From IMG/VR virus record IMGVR_UViG_3300005662_000026: DNA of 55,099 nucleotides; one strand, given 5' to 3'. Made by a program: the position numbers and the translations under genes. This DNA comes from an uncultured virus (IMG/VR IMGVR_UViG_3300005662_000026). Its lineage: Duplodnaviria; Heunggongvirae; Uroviricota; Caudoviricetes. A model generated the notes under the pieces. The model was given only the letters and a program-made list of their open reading frames with translations, did no database searches and was not told the DNA's origin. Positions 48,813 through 55,099 of the stretch are shown one piece after another (the first letter of the stretch is position 1; every line of letters starts with the position of its first letter).

Positions 48813-49376
48813 TTACTTAATTAAATCATTTAACCATTTCTTATTACTTACTGGCTTCTGTAATAATATAGCAGCTAGATCTCTCACAGTTAAACTGCTT
48901 AAAGGAGCATCTAAATCTGGGTCCATTATTCCATCAAAGTCAGGAAATAATCCATCTGCTTCAGCCTTTGTAGTTTCAGTCTTCTTAGTTTCAGCCATTA
49001 CTTTTGTCAATTCTGATACAGGAATTAAATACCTCACATGACCTTTGTCATTAGGTTCAGTAGTTTCATATTCCTCATCATAGAATGGATTATATTTCCA
49101 TTTATACAATGTTCTTGTTGGGTCTTCAGACTCAAGAGTTATACTAGTAAACTCAGTATAAATATCTTTCTCTCTACATAATTCACTTTTGAAGAATCCC
49201 ATGTATAAATCATCTTTACCATATGGTCTATAAGCACACTTTGGTATATATAAAGGATCATTTACACCTAATGCTTTAAATACCGGGCTATGATATTTTA
49301 CCAAGTCTTCAGTCTTTTCTTTTCTGTTAAATCCACTAGTAACATTATTACTGTTGTCTTTTGTTGTTAACGCCAT
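48813..49376 (-). CDS. Hypothetical protein
   Basis: 187-aa ORF between the helicase and the ATPase. Confidence 0.7.
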   Translation of the reverse strand: MALTTKDNSNNVTSGFNRKEKTEDLVKYHSPVFKALGVNDPLYIPKCAYRPYGKDDLYMGFFKSELCREKDIYTEFTSITLESEDPTRTLYKWKYNPFYDEEYETTEPNDKGHVRYLIPVSELTKVMAETKKTETTKAEADGLFPDFDGIMDPDLDAPLSSLTVRDLAAILLQKPVSNKKWLNDLIK

Positions 49377-49383
49377 ATATTAA

Positions 49384-50391
49384 TTATTTGGTTTTAAGTT
49401 TTTTTTCTTGTTGAGCAGGAGTATTCATTTCTGATATACTCATCTTTTCAAATTCTGCCTTAAAGAAACTCATTCTTGTATCACCATTTCTACATTTAAG
49501 AAAGTGTAATACTAATACCCTATCATTATCTATGATATATCTATCAGGGCCATAGAATTTAATCTTTTGTTTAGCTGGTCTATTAATACCAACTACTGTA
49601 TCTGCATGCTGTAATAAAGCATCAGCACCAAAGATATCTGATTCTAATACATAATTTCCATATTTACCATCCTCTGCTCTTTCAGGATTATCAATATTTC
49701 TATTTAACTGACTCAATATGATAAAAGCTATTGGGTACATTCTTTTAAGCTCAGTGAATGCCTCACCAAGATTGTTTAACATTTCATTCTTATCTCTTTC
49801 AGTCTGTGCTTTTTTAACAAGTACTGAGTGATCCAGTGACATTAGTGTCTTCTTATACTTTCTAACACCATTCTCATCAACAGTAGAGTGATATGACATA
49901 TACTGATGAATAATACTCTTTAATTCATCTACAGTACATGGTTTTTCTACTACATCAATTGGATACTTGACTTTTTCTTTAGCATAATCATAGCATTTCT
50001 GTAAATCTTCTGGAGACAATGATCCATCAGCACTACATAAATATTTATATGACTTACCAATTATACTAGAATATTCTCTAATAGCAGAAGACCTAGCTAA
50101 CATCTCAAATTGAAACTGTAAAACTCTAAAGTCTTCAGCAGGGTTTAGTTTAAAAGATTCTCTTACTATTTGTTCTACAATCAATGTCTTACCACTTGCT
50201 GGTCTTCCACCAATTACAGTAATAGTATTCCATTCAATACCATCAGTAGTTGCATCATTAAACTTAGGCCATGGAGTTCTAAGACTTTTAATGTCTCCTA
50301 CCATTCTACCTTTTAAATAATGCAGTGACTCCTGAAAGCCTTCTTTCTGACTATTCCACCTGAGTTTTTCTTCTTTCTGTTTAAGAGACAT
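49384..50391 (-). CDS. dnaB: DnaB-like (SF4) replicative helicase, ATPase domain without the usual N-terminal domain
   Basis: GGRPASGKT, FQFEM, LDH, ILSQLNR, SDIFGADALLQHADTV, KCRNG. Confidence 0.88.
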   Translation of the reverse strand: MSLKQKEEKLRWNSQKEGFQESLHYLKGRMVGDIKSLRTPWPKFNDATTDGIEWNTITVIGGRPASGKTLIVEQIVRESFKLNPAEDFRVLQFQFEMLARSSAIREYSSIIGKSYKYLCSADGSLSPEDLQKCYDYAKEKVKYPIDVVEKPCTVDELKSIIHQYMSYHSTVDENGVRKYKKTLMSLDHSVLVKKAQTERDKNEMLNNLGEAFTELKRMYPIAFIILSQLNRNIDNPERAEDGKYGNYVLESDIFGADALLQHADTVVGINRPAKQKIKFYGPDRYIIDNDRVLVLHFLKCRNGDTRMSFFKAEFEKMSISEMNTPAQQEKKLKTK

Positions 50392-50392
50392 A

Positions 50393-50566
50393 CTAAATAA
50401 CTTTTACTTTAACTCTATTAAAACTTGCATGCATAATGCTGATTATAACTTCTATGATAATAAAGTTTATCATACTTATATTAGTTATAAAAGCATTAGT
50501 AACAGTATAAGCAAATAGAGTTCCCACTATTGCAACAAGCAATAAGGATAACTTTGTTTTACGCAT
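50393..50566 (-). CDS. Small two-TM membrane protein, 57 aa (missed by ORF track)
   Basis: MRKTKLSLLLVAIVGTLFAYTVTNAFITNISMINFIIIEVIISIMHASFNRVKVKVI; exactly fills the gap between neighbours. Confidence 0.65.
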   Translation of the reverse strand: MRKTKLSLLLVAIVGTLFAYTVTNAFITNISMINFIIIEVIISIMHASFNRVKVKVI

Positions 50567-51157
50567 TTATACAACTTTTTCTTTAAAATGTGTTTGTGAC
50601 GGATCATCAGATCCATTTAAGAGCATATCACAGTAATTAGCTAACTCTGAGTCATATGTTTTATCTGACCCTTGCTTTCTAATAAAGTACTGTGATGTTC
50701 TCATATACTTAAATCCTGATGTTTCATACTCATCTACATATAGTCTTGTAGCATCTAACACAGTTTCCCAAGTATAATTATGAGATTCAAAAAACCACCT
50801 AAAATTATTCTCTAAATTCTTCTTATCTGACCTGGCATACTTACCACTTGGAAGCTTAAATTTAGGAAAAATATCTAAATAAGTCTCAATATTTTCCATA
50901 AAATTTTCACCCATTACTTTAGAATTAGTCTTTTTCTTACTAGTCTTAAAGAATGAATCAATTTCTTGTAGCAATAATACTGACTTACCTGATAAGTTCA
51001 TATCATATTCAAGCCAACTACTTGTCTGTAAGCGTTTTACCTCTAATGAGTCATTAACAAAATCATTGGTTTTAATCTTGTTTTTAATACAAAAAAGAAT
51101 ATAGAGCTGATTTGGACTTAAGTTATTTTTAATTAAAATATTAAATATTTCATCCAT
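50567..51157 (-). CDS. Putative replication initiator / helicase-loader-like protein
   Basis: 196 aa; HTH-like N-terminus, FP...PSG..R and YM...YFI C-terminal domain; position upstream of DnaB. Function is inferred. Confidence 0.5.
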   Translation of the reverse strand: MDEIFNILIKNNLSPNQLYILFCIKNKIKTNDFVNDSLEVKRLQTSSWLEYDMNLSGKSVLLLQEIDSFFKTSKKKTNSKVMGENFMENIETYLDIFPKFKLPSGKYARSDKKNLENNFRWFFESHNYTWETVLDATRLYVDEYETSGFKYMRTSQYFIRKQGSDKTYDSELANYCDMLLNGSDDPSQTHFKEKVV

Positions 51158-51160
51158 GTT

Positions 51161-51649
51161 TTACCATTTTATGTCAAAGTTATAACTCTTTTTTGTAACA
51201 TCAGATACATTGTTGAAAACATCTTTACAATCCCATTCTTTTAATGCTGAATAAGCAGCTGATGCAGGGTGAGAAGCAAAGAATTTATGGTTATTATCAT
51301 TAAGATAAACCACATTCTCCTCTGCTTTCTTACCTAAGAACACATAAGATAATCCAGGATTATATACACTCAAGTAGTCTAATAAATAAGCCATTAAAGG
51401 TTGCCATAAATCAAAATGAGAACCTGGTTTACCAATAGTACAAGTAAATGCACTATTAAGCATAAGAATACCCTGATTACTCCATCTTTTTAAATCAACA
51501 TCAGTTGATATTAACTTACCAGAGTAATAATCATCTTTATATACAGTTCTATTAACTGCATCAAGAATATATCTTAAACTAGGTAAAGCTTTATGTACTA
51601 AACTACAAGAGAATGATATACCATCAGCTTGATTAATTCCAGGATATGG
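51161..51649 (-). CDS. ung: Uracil-DNA glycosylase (family 1), exon 2
   Basis: Open frame PYPGINQADGISFS...LPSLRYI...WSNQGILMLN...FLGKKA...SHPAS; completes the GQD|PY motif; spliced product is 242 aa. Confidence 0.92.
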   Translation of the reverse strand, partial: PYPGINQADGISFSCSLVHKALPSLRYILDAVNRTVYKDDYYSGKLISTDVDLKRWSNQGILMLNSAFTCTIGKPGSHFDLWQPLMAYLLDYLSVYNPGLSYVFLGKKAEENVVYLNDNNHKFFASHPASAAYSALKEWDCKDVFNNVSDVTKKSYNFDIKW

Positions 51650-51810
51650 CTATCCCATTTTTCTCATGTTTCCATGAGGATCGGACTATATCATCACTTA
51701 TCTTTATCATAAGTGGAGGATGCTCTGGGCTCACCTTAGTGTCCCTAGTCTCTGAACCTTCCCTGATCTTCCCCAGGGCTCGGCTGCTGATTGGCATAGG
51801 CGGACTGCCC

Positions 51811-52470
51811 TTAGCTTTCCAGCAATTCTTCCTCTTTACCCAGGACCCATTTATATGCTAAACAATCTATTTTATAAGGTTCAATAATATCTAAAAACTT
51901 TTGACAATCATATGTACTTATTCTAATAATATTTGAATAAGTCATTCTTGCACAGTTTACATTCCATTTAGATTTAATTATATCAATAAGAAAATCAACG
52001 TCATCACCTAAAAAAGACTGAGTATTTAACTCAATATGTGGTGATCTTTTTTTTCTTCTTGAAATATTTCCATCATCCATGTACCAAATTGCTAATGCAA
52101 ATTCATCCATCATACATATATCATCTTTATTTATTTCTTTAATTGTGTTATAATAAAGACTTCTATATTCTGAAAAAATTGGATGCGTTTTACTTTTAAA
52201 ATGATAACTAGTGCATTCTCCTGTTTTATATCTACTTGACTTAGCAATTCTTTTATTAATTGCACCTGAAAGTAAATAATTTTCAAGAAAAGCATGTTTC
52301 CATTCTAAATAAGCTTTTTGTTTATGTCCATGACCAAAAGTCATTCTATAGTTTTTACTTTTTTCCTCTTTTTTAGGAATTGACCCATCTCCAAGTAGAG
52401 AACCTCTAATAAATTGTTGTAACACATTCAATTTACTAATTGGAATTTCAATATATTTTGTATTTTTCAT
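51811..52470 (-). CDS. Intron-encoded LAGLIDADG homing endonuclease (two-motif, LAGLIDADG_2-like)
   Basis: FIRGSLLGDGSI and ALAIWYMDDG motifs, IELNTQSF; ATG at 52470 (the track's start at 52476 is a TTG inside the promoter box). Confidence 0.9.
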   Translation of the reverse strand: MKNTKYIEIPISKLNVLQQFIRGSLLGDGSIPKKEEKSKNYRMTFGHGHKQKAYLEWKHAFLENYLLSGAINKRIAKSSRYKTGECTSYHFKSKTHPIFSEYRSLYYNTIKEINKDDICMMDEFALAIWYMDDGNISRRKKRSPHIELNTQSFLGDDVDFLIDIIKSKWNVNCARMTYSNIIRISTYDCQKFLDIIEPYKIDCLAYKWVLGKEEELLES

Positions 52471-52473
52471 ATA

Positions 52474-52505
52474 CAAATATATACTTTATTGTCCAATTAT
52501 GCAAA
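52474..52505 (-). promoter_or_regulatory. Bacteroidota sigma70-type promoter for the intron endonuclease
   Basis: TTTG-N20-TATATTTG, an exact match to the TTTG-N19-21-TAnnTTTG consensus, ending 3 nt before the ATG. Confidence 0.7.
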
Positions 52506-52519
52506 TTAATTGCCGTTTA

Positions 52520-52759
52520 ATCCTGCCCCACTATAACAACTTTTAAATCATCATAAGGTGTTTCCTCAAATGCTCTAAACAAGTATTTTAATGATGGTGT
52601 AAATCTTTTATCTTCCTGAGTATCTTTAATTAATGCCTGTAATATATTATCAAAGTCATTACTAAATATAAATCCCCTTAAAACTCTGGACCAACCAGAT
52701 TCAACTAGTTTTGCAGATAGCTTTTCTTTTATTTCATTTATGTTTATATTTGTTGTCAT
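52520..52759 (-). CDS. ung: Uracil-DNA glycosylase, exon 1
   Basis: MTTNIN...SGW...FRAFEETPYDDLKVVIVGQD; start placed at 52759. Confidence 0.9.
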
Positions 52760-52781
52760 ACTAATTTTATATATACCAATT

Positions 52782-53102
52782 ATGGCAATTAAAGTAAAAG
52801 AATTAAAGGATGATGCTTTATTAAGCATTGATGTAAACAAATCATTTTACCTGATGGCAAAAAATACTTTGTATTACTTATTTACTCAAATTCAAAGTGA
52901 GAACCCAGAAGGAGTAGAAAAAGCATTAGAAACAATCAAAGCTGGTGATTATTCTAAAATGAATGCAGTTGAGCAAGCTTTTTTTACAAATACTTTACTG
53001 GTTTCTGAAATTGAAAGAGTATCAATTGAGAAAAATCTTTTTGATGAAAAAGAAGTGTTAGAACCAACTGATGAAGGTTATGTTGAACCTACGCTAGGTT
53101 AA
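52782..53102 (+). CDS. Acidic hypothetical protein, the only + strand gene in the minus block
   Basis: MAIKVKELKDDA... 106 aa; occupies otherwise unused space between ung and the NinB-like gene; TATATTTG box at 52745-52752. Confidence 0.7.
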   Translation: MAIKVKELKDDALLSIDVNKSFYLMAKNTLYYLFTQIQSENPEGVEKALETIKAGDYSKMNAVEQAFFTNTLLVSEIERVSIEKNLFDEKEVLEPTDEGYVEPTLG

Positions 53103-53475
53103 TATTGTAATTTAATCCAATTTCAATACATGCTTGAACAGCTTGAGATAACTCATCACTTGAACATTCTGCAAATGATTTGCACATCTCAAGTTGTTTA
53201 CCTTCATCATTAACAACAAAGCATAAACCTGCCTGCTCTTTAACTAGCTTTTTCATTTCATCAAAAGTATAACCAGATTCTTTAGCCATTTCTCTGATAC
53301 AAGCATGTATCTTTGATATCTGTGCATAAGAACCTGCTTTACCTTGAATGCTTATAAACATTTCCAATTCTTCACCTTCTTTGATGCTTTCTACAAAGTT
53401 TTTGTATGCTACACCATCTTTATCTGACTTGTATGTCAGTTTTCCCTCTTTTTTAACAAATTTTGCGCTGAACAT
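53089..53475 (-). CDS. NinB/Orf-like (YbcN/DUF1367-like) recombination protein
   Basis: S.AQ...IHA.IREMA..SGYT.DEMK...K...S...S..E pattern. Confidence 0.55.
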   Translation of the reverse strand: MFSAKFVKKEGKLTYKSDKDGVAYKNFVESIKEGEELEMFISIQGKAGSYAQISKIHACIREMAKESGYTFDEMKKLVKEQAGLCFVVNDEGKQLEMCKSFAECSSDELSQAVQACIEIGLNYNINLA

Positions 53476-53501
53476 AATATTTAAATTTTATAGGTTTAAA
53501 C

Positions 53502-53759
53502 TTATAATGGTATTTTACTCCATTTTTTAAATAAATTAATTAACAGACTGACATCATCTATATCAGTCATAGCAACACCCCATGAGTGTTCATATACTTT
53601 CCACTGTTTATTTACAGTTGCATCACTTTCACATGAGATAAGAATCACATCATCATTGATTTCATAGCTGTAATAGTAATAATCATCTTTATTACCTGAT
53701 TCTTCTTTAGTAACAAGTACTTTAACAAAATCATTCTCAATTAATTCATCTTCTGTCAT
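53502..53759 (-). CDS. Hypothetical protein
   Basis: 85-aa ORF coupled to the upstream gene. Confidence 0.65.
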   Translation of the reverse strand: MTEDELIENDFVKVLVTKEESGNKDDYYYYSYEINDDVILISCESDATVNKQWKVYEHSWGVAMTDIDDVSLLINLFKKWSKIPL

Positions 53760-53950
53760 TTTTTGTCTTTTTTATTGTTTTCAAATAATTTTTCAAGGTA
53801 ATCTTCAGCCTCCATTGCTGTACTAAACAATATTATAAAGCCATCATTATCTTTTACATATTTCCAAAAACTAAATAAGCTTTTTTTAATCTGTACAAAA
53901 TACCCACCATATGAGTACTGTGACTTTACAATTCTAAATCTTTTTTCCAT
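53756..53950 (-). CDS. Hypothetical protein
   Basis: Probable start MEKRFRIV; FRIV...Y.VQ.K....W pattern. Confidence 0.6.
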   Translation of the reverse strand: MEKRFRIVKSQYSYGGYFVQIKKSLFSFWKYVKDNDGFIILFSTAMEAEDYLEKLFENNKKDKK

Positions 53951-53973
53951 AATATATCTACTGACCAAAGTGA

Positions 53974-54186
53974 TTAATCAAATTCTGGATTCTTATAAAA
54001 TCCATCTTTTACTTTTTGCTCTACATTCATTCTATGTAGCTTTCTGTGATTGTGTTTCTTAATAATCATACTGTTATTTTCAGGTACTTTTCTAATCATT
54101 CTTGCTCTTCTCATTTTACTAGCTTTATTTCTTACTGTTTTATTAGCCCATTTTAACATGAGTGTTGTCTTATAAATATCTTCCAT
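53974..54186 (-). CDS. Basic hypothetical protein
   Basis: 70-aa K/R-rich ORF. Confidence 0.55.
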   Translation of the reverse strand: MEDIYKTTLMLKWANKTVRNKASKMRRARMIRKVPENNSMIIKKHNHRKLHRMNVEQKVKDGFYKNPEFD

Positions 54187-54232
54187 AAATAATTTTAAGG
54201 CTAAAATAAGAATAATTACTTAATTTTGACGG

Positions 54233-54418
54233 TTATATTAAACCCCTTTTGTGTGCTATATATCTAGCATGTGCATCAGCTCTACTGTATTCAAAGTGTA
54301 AACCAATTGTAAACCACATAAATAAAAACCTTACTTGCACATAGTATTCAAAGTCTACATAATTAGCAACTACTCTTATCTTTTTACTGTACTTATACTC
54401 TGTTGGGTAATGCTTCAT
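54233..54418 (-). CDS. Hypothetical protein
   Basis: Probable start MKHYPTEY, 1 nt after the upstream stop; IRVV...YYVQVRFLFMW. Confidence 0.55.
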   Translation of the reverse strand: MKHYPTEYKYSKKIRVVANYVDFEYYVQVRFLFMWFTIGLHFEYSRADAHARYIAHKRGLI

Positions 54419-54419
54419 T

Positions 54420-54611
54420 TTATTCACAAATTGTAATGTATCTTGTTGATCCATCATATACATAATTATAGGTTTTACATTCACCTTTCCATGTCTCTGT
54501 TTTCATTGTATACTCCCATTGATCATTAGCCCAATGTTGATGCAAGTTATAACAGTCACATTTTTTCTTTTTACAACTAAACAATAAACCTAAAATAAAT
54601 AAATATCTCAT
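54420..54611 (-). CDS. Small putative lipoprotein
   Basis: MRYLFILGLLFS-C-KKKK: lipobox-like signal followed by a Lys-rich stretch; additional Cys residues. Confidence 0.6.
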   Translation of the reverse strand: MRYLFILGLLFSCKKKKCDCYNLHQHWANDQWEYTMKTETWKGECKTYNYVYDGSTRYITICE

Positions 54612-54769
54612 TTCTCATCAACTAGCATCTGTACCATAACTATATGTAATGTAACATCATCATCACATTTTTCACATCTATAATTAGCTCTAGATCTTAT
54701 GTACCAACCTGCATTACAACATACAGTTTTGATATCACTTGTTACTACTTTCTTGTTCTTCTTGCTCAT
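54608..54769 (-). CDS. Small zinc-ribbon-like protein, 53 aa (missed by ORF track)
   Basis: MSKKNKK...TVCCNA...YRCEKCDD; stop overlaps the next ATG (ATGA). Confidence 0.6.
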   Translation of the reverse strand: MSKKNKKVVTSDIKTVCCNAGWYIRSRANYRCEKCDDDVTLHIVMVQMLVDEK

Positions 54770-54878
54770 CTTGATGTTTTTTAGCTATATAGTCTGCTAA
54801 GTTGATATCTAATGGGATATCATCTACATGACCATACTGATTTATTAAATCAATATAGACTTCTTTTATTTTTCCCAT
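54735..54878 (-). CDS. Hypothetical protein, 47 aa (missed by ORF track)
   Basis: MGKIKEVYIDL...QESSNK; ATG 2 nt after the upstream stop. Confidence 0.5.
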   Translation of the reverse strand: MGKIKEVYIDLINQYGHVDDIPLDINLADYIAKKHQDEQEEQESSNK

Positions 54879-54880
54879 AA

Positions 54881-55099
54881 CTAGTTTAGTTTTTTAAGTA
54901 CGTAATCAAGTACAGTAGTGAATCCTGTGGGATTATAATAATCCGGTTCCCTTCTTCTTTTTACATAAGGATAAACATTATCACTTAGCCATTTTCTGTA
55001 ATTAGATTTAACTACTGCTTCTACTTTAGGATCACTTGTAATGGTTAGTACATGTAAGATTGACCCATGGTCTTTACAAAGTATTTTAGATATTTCAAT
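54881..55099 (-). CDS. 5'-truncated protein with a DnaA-domain-IV-like HTH motif
   Basis: Open frame IEISKILCKDHGSILH...LKKLN*; I...L.KDH.SILH resembles the DnaA C-terminal HTH (IG..F.RDHTTVLH). Confidence 0.45.
   Translation of the reverse strand: MEISKILCKDHGSILHVLTITSDPKVEAVVKSNYRKWLSDNVYPYVKRRREPDYYNPTGFTTVLDYVLKKLN

Larger units (their letters stand above)
51650..52519 (-). mobile_element. Group I self-splicing intron in ung, 870 nt, endonuclease ORF in loop L1
   Basis: Minus strand: P AAUUGCUGGAAA, Q AAUCAGCAGCC, R GUUCAGAGACUA, S GAUGAUAUAGUCC, P3 GAGGA/UCCUC. IGS GUCCUG pairs with exon end CAGGAU (U.G); AUGG pairs with exon 2 CCAU; terminal G. Confidence 0.93.

Noticed and set aside
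51646..51861. 71-aa + strand ORF
   Set aside because: Antisense to the GC-richer ribozyme core; a shadow ORF.
51161..52840. Track ORFs 51161-51463 and 52517-52840 as independent proteins
   Set aside because: They are parts of ung exons 2 and 1; exon 2 extends to 51649 and the likely start is 52759.
1..55099. Stop-codon reassignment (known in some crAss-like phages)
   Set aside because: Genes are long and densely packed in the standard code. TAG and TGA end genes at sensible places (e.g. 32905, 33097), and the two interrupted genes are explained by introns.
32908..55099. tRNA or other structured ncRNA in intergenic gaps
   Set aside because: Gaps are short and contain only terminator-type hairpins; no cloverleaf or T-loop signature was seen by eye.

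Overview
AT-rich segment of a crAss-like (Crassvirales-related) phage that probably infects a Bacteroidota host, read in the standard genetic code. The left part (1-32907, + strand) is a block of very large, nearly cysteine-free virion cargo/ejection proteins. It includes a 5'-truncated protein with an R-S-E ADP-ribosyltransferase domain, a 2308-aa protein with a PD-(D/E)xK nuclease and repeat-bounded cassettes, and a 3681-aa virion RNA polymerase (GADYDVDK) with zincin and SLOG domains. A bidirectional terminator at ~32.9 kb separates this from a convergent minus-strand replication/accessory block: MazG-like, DUF932-like, PolB, RecE-like exonuclease, MoxR AAA + VWA/peptidase, GIY-YIG nuclease, primase, SSB-like, Sak4-like ATPase, DnaB, uracil-DNA glycosylase, NinB-like and small ORFs. 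Two group I introns, each carrying a homing endonuclease in the P1 loop, split the MoxR ATPase and ung genes; their splice sites can be placed to the base. The most striking unexplained signals are: (i) the only four cysteines in about 7,080 residues of three consecutive giant proteins sit at the facing termini of neighbours, suggesting a head-to-tail disulfide-linked ejection chain; (ii) about 20 xxxGG motifs plus matching acidic C-terminal and basic N-terminal tags in the first three cargo proteins; (iii) a conserved palindrome-containing promoter-like motif. All family calls come from motif recognition by eye, not database searches.
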